A stretch of 64,000 nt of DNA from an uncultured Armatimonadetes bacterium (GCA_963716175.1 OY970296.1:2048001-2112000); one strand, 5' to 3'; positions 28,990-39,991 are shown, counted from the stretch's first letter. Numbers and translations are program-made. Notes: generated from the letters alone by a model not told the origin.

Positions 28990-31125
28990 ATGAAGAAGAT
29001 GGTGTGCGAGCCCACGATCAAGTCGCAGACCGACACGAGCGGTTGGTTCCCGTTCGATCTGCCACCGGATGTGCTCGCCAGAGGAGAAGGCGGATTCGAG
29101 GGAGCAGTGGACTTCTCGGGCTCAATCGAGAAGCCAGCGGGGAAGCATGGCTTCCTGAGAGTCAGCGGCGAGCACTTCGCCTTCGCGGATGGTACGCCGA
29201 TCAAGTTCTGGGGCGTGAACCTGGACAGCGGCGGAGGGTTGCCCGAAAAGGCGCACGCGCCGTTCGCCGCCAGGCGCATGGCGCAGCTTGGGATCAACGT
29301 CGCGCGCTTCGCCGTGGACCATGAGGCGCCACGGGGCATCATCGCCCCAGGCAACGACACGCAGCACATTGACGCCGAGATGCTCGACCGGCTGGACTAC
29401 TTCGTCTCCTGCCTGAAGGAGAACGGCATCTACACCCGGCTCGACCTGATGCACTACCGCATCTACAGGCCCGGTGACGGCGTGGACGCTCCTCAACGCG
29501 AGCGTGGTGAGCCGCCCTATGGCGGCGGACCAGCGATGTACTTCGACCCGAAAGCGGAGGCGCTGCACAAGCAGTTCGCCACGCAGCTCCTGCTGCACGA
29601 GAGCCCCTACACAGGGCTGCGGTATGTTGACGACCCGGCGATGGTATTCGTCGGCATCGTCAATGAGAACACGATCTTTTTCTACCCGAGGCGGATGACT
29701 GACAGCGGCCGGAAGACACTGGACGGCAGGTACGAGGAGTGGCTGAAGACGCATCCCGGCGGCGCCAAGATGCGCTTTCTCGCAGGGCTGGAGCGGGGCT
29801 ACTACGAGCGGATGCACGCGTTCCTGCGCGAGATCGGGGTGAAGACGCCAATCGCGGGCCACAACATGGTGATGAACGCCGCGGACGCCCAGCTCCTGGG
29901 GCAAGTCGGCGATCACGTGGAGTTCAACATCTACTGGGATCACCCGCACCGGGAGTATCTTTGGGTCTGGAACAAGCCCATGGTGAAAGAACCTGGCGGC
30001 ATCTTCCCCGCCTCGGCGGCAGCTTCGGTGGCGGGCAAGCCCTTCGCCATTACCGAGCTCAACTTCTGCGACAGGTCTTACAGGATGGAGGGGCCCCTGC
30101 TGACTCTTGCCTACGCCTCGCTGCAGGATTGGGACGCGGTGCTGTGGTGGGACTACAACGCAAGCTGGGAGAAAGCGGGCGGGTTCGAGGACTTCATCGG
30201 CACCACCCCCATGTTCACACTCCGGGATAATCCCATGATGCTGGCGCAGTTCGGCGTCGCCTCCTTGGCCTTCCGCAACGGATATATCTCCCCCGCGAAG
30301 ACGCGGGTCAATGTGAAGATGACGGACGCGGATGTCTTCGCAGAGCCGAACTGGATCTGGCAGGAGAGGTGGAGCGAGCTCAGGTCGGGTTCGCCGTTCG
30401 CGGCGCTGCCCTTGATGCTGCAGATCAGAAGCCAGTACGACGATAACCTGGATGGACGGAAGCCAGACGTGGTGGTGGGGGGTCCCGCTGCGGCCGGGCA
30501 GAGCAGTCGCGCTGACGGAGCCAAGGTCACCATCGAACGGCCCGCCGAGGCTTCTGAAAAGGACCCGGACATCGCGTGGCGTTCGGTTCGGCAGAAGTTG
30601 GGCGCGCTGAAGCTTGCCCAGCTCCCGGAGCCAGGCGCGACGACCTTCGACAGTGACACAGGCGAGCTTCACTGGGATACCGGAAAGGGCGTGCTGGCTA
30701 TCAGCTCGCCGAGGCTCCAAGCTGTGGTCGGCTTCGTTTCCGGCCGGCGCTTCACACTCGGCGACTTCACCATCGCCCTGGCGGAGAAGGGCGCGGCCGA
30801 GTTCGTAGCGATCAGCCTCTGCTCGCTCGACGGCCGTTCGCTCAGAGAGTCATCGCGCGTTCTCCTGACGCTGGCGGGTCGCGCCGAGGACACGGGGCAG
30901 ATCTGGCAAGAGGGTCCAGAGGGTGACCTGACGGCAGAAGCGGGAGTGCGGCCGGTGCTGGCGGAGCCGATTCGTGGGCAGTTGACTTGGGCGGGCCGGA
31001 AGCTGCAGGTGTTCGCTCTCACTGCTTCTGGAAAGAGGGCCAACGAGGTTCCGCTGGAGCAACAGGGGGCGCTGACGTTCGGCGGCGACCAGACCATGTG
31101 GTATGAGCTCGTCCCGGCCGGGTGA
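28990..31125 (+). CDS. Clan GH-A glycoside hydrolase (GH5-like); N-terminus probably fragmented upstream
   Basis: PAGKHGF, KFWGVN, LDRLDY..LK.NGIY, NE acid/base (VNEN), ITELN and LQDWD motifs. Confidence 0.8.
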   Translation: MKKMVCEPTIKSQTDTSGWFPFDLPPDVLARGEGGFEGAVDFSGSIEKPAGKHGFLRVSGEHFAFADGTPIKFWGVNLDSGGGLPEKAHAPFAARRMAQLGINVARFAVDHEAPRGIIAPGNDTQHIDAEMLDRLDYFVSCLKENGIYTRLDLMHYRIYRPGDGVDAPQRERGEPPYGGGPAMYFDPKAEALHKQFATQLLLHESPYTGLRYVDDPAMVFVGIVNENTIFFYPRRMTDSGRKTLDGRYEEWLKTHPGGAKMRFLAGLERGYYERMHAFLREIGVKTPIAGHNMVMNAADAQLLGQVGDHVEFNIYWDHPHREYLWVWNKPMVKEPGGIFPASAAASVAGKPFAITELNFCDRSYRMEGPLLTLAYASLQDWDAVLWWDYNASWEKAGGFEDFIGTTPMFTLRDNPMMLAQFGVASLAFRNGYISPAKTRVNVKMTDADVFAEPNWIWQERWSELRSGSPFAALPLMLQIRSQYDDNLDGRKPDVVVGGPAAAGQSSRADGAKVTIERPAEASEKDPDIAWRSVRQKLGALKLAQLPEPGATTFDSDTGELHWDTGKGVLAISSPRLQAVVGFVSGRRFTLGDFTIALAEKGAAEFVAISLCSLDGRSLRESSRVLLTLAGRAEDTGQIWQEGPEGDLTAEAGVRPVLAEPIRGQLTWAGRKLQVFALTASGKRANEVPLEQQGALTFGGDQTMWYELVPAG

Positions 31126-31342
31126 CGATGATCGGTTCTGGAGACGAACTCCGCGCCCGGTGCGCGTTACGGCTGGATGCGGCCACATGCGCGTCTCGAC
31201 ATCCGGTAGGACCGGCCTGAGCGCGTTCCGGCCTTGCTCGGGCTGACTCTCTACGCCATACGTTTGCGATCGCCGGCCGGGGCCTCCGGGAGCCGTCTGA
31301 CCCCCAAGAGCCACCACGCCGGGAGACCGTCGCGAACCGCCT

Positions 31343-31587
31343 AGGCCACCCCCCGACTCCAGCCTCCCCCTCGGCTGGGAGTCACGTCCGGGGTTCCGTC
31401 GCGGATGGGGCGGGCAAGCCGGCGCACGACAGGGGCCGAAGCGCTGGATGCCCTGCTAACTCCAGTGCCGGATCGACCTCCTCGCCCATCCTCGGTGCCT
31501 CCGAGACCAGGGGTGTCCACGAATGCACAGAATAGGATGAGACGGGCTGTGTGGCTGCTCCGGGAGGCAGATGAGTTCTCGGATAGC
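31343..31587 (+). repeat. Family A repeat, core + R1
   Basis: ccccgactccagcctccccctcggctgggagtcacgtccggggttccgtcgcg...cgggaggcagatgagttctcggatag. Confidence 0.85.
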
Positions 31588-31615
31588 GCGGGCAAGTTGT
31601 GGACTAGAGAACAAC

Positions 31616-32620
31616 ATGAAGCCGAAGGTAATCCTCGACCCGCACTTCCGCCGCCTGGACCTGATCTTCTCGGAGGAGGACCGGGAGCGCATTCACGCTC
31701 TCGCGGAGGTCGTCTGGGGACATGACGAGCCGATGCCCGCGGATGAGATCGCGAAGCATCGCGAGGACGCGGTTGCGATCATCGCCGGCTCTTGGCGCCA
31801 TGGCGATGTGGCCGGCATTCCCCGCCTGAGGGCCTTCCTGGAGGTCGGCGGCGGCTTCCCATCGCCCGCCTCCCTCGACTACGACACCTGCTTCGCTCGG
31901 GGCATCCGCGTGCTGAGCTGCGCTCCTGCCTTTGGCCCGGCGGTGGCGGAGATGGGCCTGGCGATGGCACTCGCCGCCGCGCGCCAATTGGTCGAGACCG
32001 ACCGCGACCTGCGTGTCGGGAAGGCGAACTGGAGTCACACCGAGTTGGGCGACCCTTTTCTCCTCTTCGACAAGCCGGTGGGCTTCATCGGTTTCGGCGG
32101 GCTGGCGCGAGCGCTCAAGCCGCTGATCGCCCCCTTCCATTGTTCGGTCGCCGTCTACGACCCCTGGCTCACCGACGCCTACCTGGCAACCCAAGGCGTG
32201 ACTCCCACGGACCTGGACACGCTTCTCTCCACCTCACGGGTGATATTCATGCTGGCCATTCCCACGTCTAGCAACCGTGCGCTTCTCAGCCGTGAGAAGC
32301 TGGAGCGCATCCGTCCGGACGCCGTCTTCGTGCTGCTGAGTCGGTCTCACCTGGTGGACTTCGACGCGCTGACGGACCTGGTGCTCCAGGGGCGCTTCCG
32401 TGCGGCCATCGACGTCTTCCCGGAAGAGCCCTTGCCCCTTAACCATCCCCTCCTCCGGGCGTCCCGGGCAATTCTTTCGTCGCACCGCGCGGGCGCGCAC
32501 CCGGAGGCACTGCGCAATATCGGCCGGGTGGTCGTCCGGGACCTGGAGGCGATCCTGCGCGGCCTGCCGCCGCAGGAAATGCAGGTCGCCCAGCCGGAGT
32601 TCATCCGGATGCGAGGGTAA
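31616..32620 (+). CDS. D-2-hydroxyacid dehydrogenase family protein
   Basis: VAE, GFIGFGGL, SRSHLVD, DVFPEEP and SHRAG motifs. Confidence 0.9.
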   Translation: MKPKVILDPHFRRLDLIFSEEDRERIHALAEVVWGHDEPMPADEIAKHREDAVAIIAGSWRHGDVAGIPRLRAFLEVGGGFPSPASLDYDTCFARGIRVLSCAPAFGPAVAEMGLAMALAAARQLVETDRDLRVGKANWSHTELGDPFLLFDKPVGFIGFGGLARALKPLIAPFHCSVAVYDPWLTDAYLATQGVTPTDLDTLLSTSRVIFMLAIPTSSNRALLSREKLERIRPDAVFVLLSRSHLVDFDALTDLVLQGRFRAAIDVFPEEPLPLNHPLLRASRAILSSHRAGAHPEALRNIGRVVVRDLEAILRGLPPQEMQVAQPEFIRMRG

Positions 32621-33076
32621 GATGAGTGAGATAAGGGGTCGGCTTGTGCGTGCCAGATAGACCTCGGACGCCTGTCATCTCCAGAGACTCCATCCTGGCA
32701 CCCTGATCGGCAGCGCAGGTCCATGACAGCACGAGCCGCGGGCGTTGAGTCGGTCCTGCAGGAGATGAAAGCACTGCACGACAGCCGGTCGGAACACACC
32801 TTGGGGCTGAAGGTGTTCAGCCTTCCGGCGCGGGAGTTGCTCTGACCTCAGGCTGCATCCAGTCCCCGGGGCTCCGCGGTGACCGCAGCGGGGCAATACG
32901 GACCGGCAATCGCGAGAGCGGCTGGTACGCGCCCTCATGGGCAGGATGGTCCGCTGCCAGCCGCTGGGAGAACGACTTTGCCTCCAGCAGTGTGGCCCGG
33001 CCGGCCCGCGGAGTACTCCCCTCGTTCAGATCGCAGGGAACACAATCGCTGTGTTACCACACCTATGCGGCGAGAC

Positions 33077-33126
33077 TTGACGTCCTTAGGGCAAGGATAG
33101 TAATATACTTCCGTAGATGAACCATT
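33077..33126 (+). promoter_or_regulatory. Promoter and probable MarR operator of the efflux operon
   Basis: TTGACG-N18-TAATAT; imperfect palindromes TCCTT-N5-AAGGA and ATACTTC-N7-GAACCAT. Confidence 0.45.
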
Positions 33127-33147
33127 CTCGATAGGAAGGACACCGCT

Positions 33148-33621
33148 ATGCCAGAGGATGACGCTGCTCTGGTTGACATTGCCGAATACCTGCCCAAGAT
33201 CATGCGCAAGCTGTTTGGCGGCAGACTTACCGCCAGTAACGTTTGGGAACTCACCATACCGCAACTGCGAGCACTGGGCCTGGTGGCACTTCGGCCTGGC
33301 GCTACCATGGGGGAACTCTCTGAGGAGCTCGGCATTCGCCTCAACGCGGCGACCGGACTGGCAGAGCGCTTGGTGCAACACGGGCTGCTGGAACGGAAGG
33401 CCGACCCGAAGGACCGTCGGCTCGTACGCTTGCAGCTGACCAAGTCCGGACACCGCGCGCTGACCGCGTGCCGCCGCGAGCGGAAGCGGCGAGTCGAGGA
33501 GGCGCTGCAGCAACTCTCTGCTGATGAGCAAAGTCAGATTGCAGAGGCGCTGCTCTTGCTTTACGGCGCCCTGGATGAGACGAGACGAAGCGCCGACAAG
33601 CGAGGAGGGAAAGGGAGGTGA
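33148..33621 (+). CDS. MarR family transcriptional regulator
   Basis: LTIPQLRAL, ELSEELG and DPKDRR..LT..G motifs. Confidence 0.92.
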   Translation: MPEDDAALVDIAEYLPKIMRKLFGGRLTASNVWELTIPQLRALGLVALRPGATMGELSEELGIRLNAATGLAERLVQHGLLERKADPKDRRLVRLQLTKSGHRALTACRRERKRRVEEALQQLSADEQSQIAEALLLLYGALDETRRSADKRGGKGR

Positions 33622-34982
33622 GTGCTCAGGAGCCGGCTCGCGGGACGGACGAGATCAAGCGACAAAGGCCCCTCCGCTGGGGCTTGATCATCCTAGCTCT
33701 AGTAGGGGGGATTGGGATCGCGTTTGGCGTGCGGTGGTGGCTGAGCGTCCGCTCTCATGTGACTACAGACGATGCCGCTATCGAGGCCACCATGCTTCAA
33801 GTTGCCCCAAAGATAGGCGGCCGCGTCCTCCAGGTGCTGGCCGATACCGGAGATCGCGTCGCGCCGGGCCAAGTGCTGGCCCGGCTGGAGACGGAGGACC
33901 TGGAGGCGAACGTCCGGAAGGCCGAGGCGGCGGCGGCGGCCAAACGGAAGGATGTGCTTCAGGCCGAGACCGCCCTCGGCTTTGAGAGCAAGGATGTAGC
34001 CTCGCAGAACGCGAAAGCCGAGGCGGCGGCGAGCGGAAGCGACCTGCGGGTGCGACAGGCGGTGACCGCGGCCTCCCTGGAGGAGCAACGGGTCGCGAAT
34101 CAACTGCGCCAGGTGCACGCCGCGTTGGCGGCGGCGGAAGCCGACCGGGCAAAGGCCCAAGCCGACCTCGGCCGTATGGAGAAGCTGTTCTCCCAAGGCG
34201 CGGTGTCGGCCCAGCAGCAGGACGAGGCCAGAAACGCCGAGACCGATGCGCGGGCCAGGGTGGAGGCGGCGCGGGCGGCAGTGGCCTTGGCGGAAGCCGA
34301 GAGAGCGCAGATCGCGATCAAGCGGCAGGATATCGATGCCTCGCGAGCCGCGTCCCGGGAGGCGAAGGCGGCTTTGTCAGGCGCGCGGGCGGCCCGCATG
34401 CAGGTGGGGGTACGGCGGGCGCAGTTGGAGGCGGCGCTGGCGCAGGTGAAGGAGGCGGACCAGGAGCTGCGTCTTGCCCAGATCGCGCTGCAGAACGCGG
34501 AGATCCACAGCCCGGCGGCCGGAGTGATCACACAGAGGCTGGCGGAGCCAGGGGAGATGGTGGCTGTGGGCCAGCCTCTCTTCACCATCACCCGCGAGGT
34601 AGCGCGAGACAGCACCTGGGTGGTGGCCAACCTCGAGGAGACCCAGGTCGGACGCGTCCGCGTGGGCGACTCGGCCACCATCACAGCGGACGCCTATCCC
34701 GGAGTGGTGTTTCGGGGTCGAGTGATCGAAATCCGGGCGGGGACACAGGGCCAGTTCTCCCTCATCCCGGCGCAGCAGACCTCGGGAAGCTTCACCAAAG
34801 TAACCCAACGAGTCCCGGTCAAGATAGCGCTCGATGGCGACAGCGGCGTGAGACTCGTGCCTGGCATGTCCGTGGTGGTGAGCATCGATGTCGGTCGGGT
34901 TTCCGGCGGGAGGACGGCAACCGCGGCCTCTGAGACGACGGCCTCACCTGGTTCCTCCGGTTCCAGTCCCCGAGGCAGGTAG
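33618..34982 (+). CDS. HlyD/EmrA family efflux periplasmic adaptor
   Basis: N-terminal TM, TDDA, coiled coil, FSLIP..SGSFTKVTQRVPVKI. Confidence 0.92.
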   Translation: MSAQEPARGTDEIKRQRPLRWGLIILALVGGIGIAFGVRWWLSVRSHVTTDDAAIEATMLQVAPKIGGRVLQVLADTGDRVAPGQVLARLETEDLEANVRKAEAAAAAKRKDVLQAETALGFESKDVASQNAKAEAAASGSDLRVRQAVTAASLEEQRVANQLRQVHAALAAAEADRAKAQADLGRMEKLFSQGAVSAQQQDEARNAETDARARVEAARAAVALAEAERAQIAIKRQDIDASRAASREAKAALSGARAARMQVGVRRAQLEAALAQVKEADQELRLAQIALQNAEIHSPAAGVITQRLAEPGEMVAVGQPLFTITREVARDSTWVVANLEETQVGRVRVGDSATITADAYPGVVFRGRVIEIRAGTQGQFSLIPAQQTSGSFTKVTQRVPVKIALDGDSGVRLVPGMSVVVSIDVGRVSGGRTATAASETTASPGSSGSSPRGR

Positions 34983-34987
34983 CACCC

Positions 34988-36631
34988 ATGCGCCTTCACC
35001 ATCGTCTGCGCGGCCAGCTGGAGAGCCGCTTCGCCTCGCTGAATCACGGACACAGCGGCTACCGCTGGTGGGCGCTGGGAACCTTGATGATCGGCACCTT
35101 CATGGCGGTGCTTGACGCAACCATAGTGAATGTGGCTTTGGCCAAGATCATGGCCACCTTTGGGGTGGACGTGGAGAAGGTGGAGTGGGTAGCGACGGCT
35201 TACATGCTCGCTTTTGCGGTGCTGCTGCCGACTTCGTCCTGGATCGCTGACCGCCTGGGCCACAAACGCACCTATATGCTGGCCCTCCTTTGCTTCACGG
35301 CGGGCTCTGCTCTCTGTGGGCTGGCCTGGAATGAGGACGCTCTCATCGTATCTCGGGTGATCCAGGCAATCGGCGCGGGGTGCATTATGCCGGTAGCCAT
35401 GACCATCGTCGCCGAGATCTTCCCCCCTGAACAGCGCGGTCAGGCGCTTGGCATCTGGGGCATTGCCGGAGCGGCATCGGCCACTATGGGCCCGACCATT
35501 GGTGGCTATCTGGTGGACTATATAGGCTGGCGCTCGGTCTTCTATGTCAATCTGCCTGTTGGCATAGTGGGCACGGCGTTGGTGCTGGTGGTCCTGAGAG
35601 AGATCCCAGCGCGGCGCGCAGGCCGGTTCGACCTGGTGGGCTTCCTGACCATGAGCGTCGGCTTGAGCGGTCTGCTGCTCGCGCTGGCGCAGGGCCAATC
35701 CAAGGGCTGGGACTCGGGCTACGTCCGCACCTGCGAATGCTTGGCGATCACCGGCCTTGCTGTCTTCGTCCTCTGGGAACTGCGGCAGCGCGAGCCGCTG
35801 GTGGACTTGTCCCTGTTCCGTAGCGCCGGCTTTAGCATCATCAATCTGATCGCGCTCATCTTTGGGGTCGGCATGTTTGGCAGCACTTTCCTGCTCCCGA
35901 TCTTCCTGCAGAACATGCTGGGCTATCCCGCCCTTCTGGCCGGCCTCACCCTGCTTCCAGCTGGACTCGTGATGGGGGTGGTCGCCCCCTTTGCTGGTCG
36001 TCTTTCTGACCGCATTGGAGGCAAACCTCTGGTTATGCTCGGGCTAGCTGTGATGGCCTTCTCGATGTACCTAAACTCGCAGATCAGTCTCCTAACCAGC
36101 CGAGAGACCATCTACGGGTGGCTCGTCCTTCGCGGCATCGGCATGGGCCTGATGTTCTCCCCAATGACCAGCTTGGCGCTTGGCCTGGTGCCGCGGCTGA
36201 AAGCCGGGCAGGCCTCGGGCCTCCTCAACGTCATCCGCCAGGTCGGCGGCAGCTTCGGCATCGCCATCTTCGGGACGCTGCTAGCGCGGCGACAGCTGTT
36301 TCACACCGTCAGGTACGGTGAGGCGGCAACGGCGCACAATCTCTCTGCTCTCGACCTGCTTCACCGGGCACAGAGACACTTCGCCTCGCTCGGCGACGTT
36401 CCGGGGTTGGCCTCTAACAAGGCGCACGCCGTGCTGGGCATGGTGGTGCAACAGCAAGCGGCGGCAACCGGCTTCTCGGACTGCTTTCGAGTCGGCGCCT
36501 GGATCTGTGCTCTGGCCATCATCCCCGCTCTTTTCCTCCCACTGCGGGTGAACCACGTCCCACGGCACGAGACGGATCGTGCCGGGAATTCGGGGGAAGG
36601 TCATGTTCCGGAAGGTCTTAGTGCCGGTTGA
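34988..36631 (+). CDS. DHA2/EmrB family MFS efflux permease
   Basis: LDATIVNVAL, GPTIGG, WRSVFYVNLPVG and RQVGGSFGIA motifs. Confidence 0.93.
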   Translation: MRLHHRLRGQLESRFASLNHGHSGYRWWALGTLMIGTFMAVLDATIVNVALAKIMATFGVDVEKVEWVATAYMLAFAVLLPTSSWIADRLGHKRTYMLALLCFTAGSALCGLAWNEDALIVSRVIQAIGAGCIMPVAMTIVAEIFPPEQRGQALGIWGIAGAASATMGPTIGGYLVDYIGWRSVFYVNLPVGIVGTALVLVVLREIPARRAGRFDLVGFLTMSVGLSGLLLALAQGQSKGWDSGYVRTCECLAITGLAVFVLWELRQREPLVDLSLFRSAGFSIINLIALIFGVGMFGSTFLLPIFLQNMLGYPALLAGLTLLPAGLVMGVVAPFAGRLSDRIGGKPLVMLGLAVMAFSMYLNSQISLLTSRETIYGWLVLRGIGMGLMFSPMTSLALGLVPRLKAGQASGLLNVIRQVGGSFGIAIFGTLLARRQLFHTVRYGEAATAHNLSALDLLHRAQRHFASLGDVPGLASNKAHAVLGMVVQQQAAATGFSDCFRVGAWICALAIIPALFLPLRVNHVPRHETDRAGNSGEGHVPEGLSAG

Positions 36632-37043
36632 TGGATCGCCGAGCTCGCTCAAGGCGGCGCGGGCGGCTGCGGAGATCGCTCGCAGATTCGACTCACAGGT
36701 GACTCTCGTGCACGTCCAGCATCTGCCAGCCACCGTGGTGGCAGCCTCGGGTGCGGCCGGTATGGCGGGCCTGGACTCGGCCGCCGTCGAGGCCCTGGAG
36801 GAGGCTGGACGCGAGGTGTTGCGTGTTGCTCGCGAGTGCCTCGGGCTGCCTGACGAGCGGGTGAAGCAAGAGCGTCTGTCGGGCCATCCAGCTGAAGTGG
36901 TCTGTCGTCTCGCCGAGAAAGCTGGCTATGACCTGATCGTCATCGGCAGCCGTGGTCTGAGCAAAGTGGGCGCCTTCTTGCTTGGCAGCGTGAGCGACAA
37001 GGTGAGCCACCATGTGCACTGCCCTGTTCTGATAGTCCGGTGA
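36603..37043 (+). CDS. Universal stress protein
   Basis: KVLVPVDGS and DLIVIGSRG..LLGSVS..V..CPVLIV motifs. Confidence 0.93.
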   Translation: MFRKVLVPVDGSPSSLKAARAAAEIARRFDSQVTLVHVQHLPATVVAASGAAGMAGLDSAAVEALEEAGREVLRVARECLGLPDERVKQERLSGHPAEVVCRLAEKAGYDLIVIGSRGLSKVGAFLLGSVSDKVSHHVHCPVLIVR

Positions 37044-37474
37044 CACGGCCCCGGCCCATAGTGACCGTACGGAGGGATATCCGATCTCGGGGAACCTCTG
37101 CCGGAACGCAACCGCAGGGCAAGCTGTCCGAGCTGGAGACGGTGCTACCGTCAGACTACCTGGAGCTCGTGTCCCAGACCGAAGAGCTTTCGGTCGACGG
37201 CTGCCGCGTGTACAGGCTGTCCGAGGTCCGCGAGGTAGTGACGCGCGACGCGACCTGCCAGGTCCTCGTGGAGAGGGATGGTACCGGAGCACTCGCGGTG
37301 AAGCAAGGTGACGCGCAAGGGGAGATCTACTTCTTCGCCTATGACGAGAACGCCGTGGTTGCCGGGTCGTCGCTGCGCGTGGCGGTCGAGAGGCTGCTAA
37401 GGGAGGAATTCGGCCGAGACGGTGCCTTCGGCGCAGGGATGACGGACGCAAATGGGACACCTATTCTCCGATGA
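37040..37474 (+). CDS. Hypothetical protein, possibly an SMI1/KNR4-like fragment
   Basis: LETVLPSDYLEL and GEIYFF patterns; N-terminus looks non-native. Confidence 0.35.
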   Translation: MTRPRPIVTVRRDIRSRGTSAGTQPQGKLSELETVLPSDYLELVSQTEELSVDGCRVYRLSEVREVVTRDATCQVLVERDGTGALAVKQGDAQGEIYFFAYDENAVVAGSSLRVAVERLLREEFGRDGAFGAGMTDANGTPILR

Positions 37475-37589
37475 TCGGCAGGCAGGACCGGGGTCGAGCG
37501 GCGTGGGGGTAGGGGAGCGGAGAGGAGTGGGAGGGAGATCGGTGACTGTCCCTGGCTTTCCGGCGAGAGATGAGGAAGCACGGCAAGGC

Positions 37590-38300
37590 ATGGAGATGCT
37601 CTTACAGAAGCTGCTAGCGTCTGTGCCGACATATACGCGCTATCTGACGCTCGAGCAGATTTGCAGGCAGACAGATGCGCTACGGAATCAACCAGGCTTC
37701 ACCATCGAGACGATCGGTCAGTCGGCTAAAGGCATGCCTATCGCTATGATACGGTATGATGGCTGCTACGACAGAACAGTGCTGCTCTGGGGGTTTGAAG
37801 ATCCGACGGAACCAGTAGGCGCGTTGAGTATGTTCTGGCTTGGTGGCCAACTCCGCTGGCGGAACCCGCAGCTTATGCGCTTCCAGTGTAACTGGGCGAT
37901 CATCCCGACCATTAACCCTGATGGCGTCAAACGCAATGAAGGATGGTTCCGCGCCCCGGGGATCTGCATGCATTCCTCCACGGAGCCTGGGAGCCGCCCT
38001 ATGAGCAGGTGCTTGGAATCCATCGCCAGCGTGTACGGAGATGGTTGCGTTACGTAAGGCAATCACCGCACTCAGACCTGATGTATTGTACGATATGCAC
38101 GATGAAAGCCATTTCCCCGCACCAGGTTACAGGGTCTTTCTTTCATCGCCAGTTGATGATGAATCGATACAAGCGTCACCTTTGCCGCGAGGTCGCGTCG
38201 CTGCCGGCCAAGGGCTTTCCCCTGCGGACGGCGAGAGAGTTCGCGACTGCTCAGTTCTCCGGGAAAACGTTCTGGCATCGAAACGCCGAACCCCATCCAC
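37590..38300 (+). pseudogene. M14 zinc carboxypeptidase-like gene, multiply frameshifted and truncated
   Basis: IGQSAKG.PI, EP motif, INPDG..RNEGW, then ALRKAI..LRPD..DMHD in other frames; visibly lower GC. Confidence 0.6.
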
Positions 38301-38519
38301 GTTTTCGCAGTTTCGATGCCAGGTCAGTCTCCTCCACCACTGCTCCCAGGTGGAACTCTCTCTCCGTTTTCAGGCGCTCTCAGACGAGGGCGTCCGGCGC
38401 GTGCGATGGGGTCTCTCGCAGGATTCTGAGCGCTGTCGCGGCGAAGGGACCATGGGGAGCGGCCCAGGCGTGCCGACGCCTGACGCCTCTGTGCGGGGGA
38501 GACTCGCGGGAGGGCAGCG

Positions 38520-39676
38520 ATGACTGAGAAGGCCGGCATCCGCGTGGCTGTGGTTGGGCTCGGATTCGGAGCCGAATTCGTGCCCATCTACCTGCGCCAC
38601 CCCAGTGTCGCGGCGGTTGCCATCTGCGACCAGACGCGACCCGCCTCAACGAGATCGGGGATCGCTTCCGGATCTCGCACCGGCTGCGCAGCTTCGAGGA
38701 GGCGATAGCCTGTCCAGACCTGGACGCGGTGCACCTTGTCACTGGCATTCCGCTGCACGCAGAGCAGTCCGTCGCCGTGCTCGAATCAGGCAAACACTGC
38801 GCTTGCACCGTGCCGATGGCGACGAGCATCAAGGGGCTGAGAGCGATCGTCGCGGCGCAGCGGAAGTCCGGCCGGAACTACATGATGATGGAGACCGCGG
38901 TCTACACGCGGCACTATCTGTACGTGAAGGCGATGCTGGAGCGCGGGGAGATGGGAGCCATCCAGTTCCTCCGAGGCGCCCACTACCAGGACATGGAGGA
39001 CTGGCCCCCATACTGGGCCGGACTTCCGCCGATGCACTACGCCACGCATGCCGTCGCGCCGCTGCTCGCGCTCGCCGGGAGGCGAGCCGCCAGCGTCTGC
39101 TGCTTTGGCTCCGGGAGGATGCGCCCGGAACTGACGCAGCAATACGGCAATCCATTCCCCATCGAGACGGCGATCTTGCGGCTGGAGGGGACCGATCTCG
39201 CGGCCGAGGTGACCAGATCGCTCTTTCACACCGCCAAAGCGTATATCGAATCTTTCACGGTCCTCTGTGAACAGGTGAGCTTCGAGTGGACCGTCAGAGA
39301 CGACAGCCCGCCGGCGCTGCACCGCAGGAGCGATCCCCGGCCGGGGCACGGCCACCTGACCGTCAGCCAGGTCGAGCCGCCTGACCGCGCCGACCTGCTG
39401 CCGCCCTCGATCGGGCGCTTCACCAGGCAGACGGTGTACGATGAGTCCGACCCGCACCTGTCCTTCCTGCAGGGAGGTGGACACCACGGCTCACATCCCC
39501 ACCTTGTGCATGAGTTCGTGATGAGCATCGTGCAGCAGCGGCAGCCCTGGATCGACGCGATCACCGCCGCGAACTGGACTGCGCCTGGTATCTGCGCACA
39601 CGAATCGGCGATGAGCGACGGAAGGCAAGTGCAGGTTCCCTGCTTCGCTGAAGATGGGAGAGCGTCTGGGCAGTAG
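38520..39676 (+). CDS. Gfo/Idh/MocA family oxidoreductase, frameshift near 38635
   Basis: VAVVGLGFG N-terminus joins H..CTVPMA, PPMHYATH and GGGHHGSHPHL in the next frame. Confidence 0.8.
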
Positions 39677-39737
39677 AGGCAGCGCGTACGGCCCGCATTG
39701 TCTGAGCGTGCGCCCTGCGGTTGTTAGGTGCGCTTCG

Positions 39738-39850
39738 GACTGCAGCGCGGTTTCGATTCTCACTGCCTAGCCCAAACGTACCTGCCAACGAACTCGGGAA
39801 TCCGTCCACAGCCGGAGAGAGTTTCGTTCTCAGGAAAGTTTCCTCCACCA
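39738..39850 (+). repeat. Family B repeat (113 bp)
   Basis: Colinear with 20984-21096. Confidence 0.85.
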
Positions 39851-39991
39851 CTTGGGAATTGAACCCCGGTCTGGCGACCCCTCGTTCCCAGGTCAGCTCC
39901 TCGATGGCCATAACCGTCGTCCTCGGCCCAGTCGCAGGGCGCGGTGACCGGCTCGGCGAATCCCGTCGGGTATCTCTTCCAAAGGCGAGCG

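Noticed and set aside
29122-30720. Long antisense or alternate-frame ORFs (e.g. 29122..30720, 21561..23231, 47178..48629, 9497..10690)
   Set aside because: They are shadows of well-supported genes, expected at high GC, and carry no recognisable motifs.
37450-37560. GGGACACCTATT / GGTGACTGTCCC short motifs, and similar ones near 60100, as REP elements
   Set aside because: Too short and too few to support from this window alone.
20925-39730. GTTAGRT motifs (20931, 39723) as integron attC sites
   Set aside because: No matching RYYYAAC arm with attC-like symmetry was seen, and the recombinase fragment lacks an evident IntI-specific insertion.
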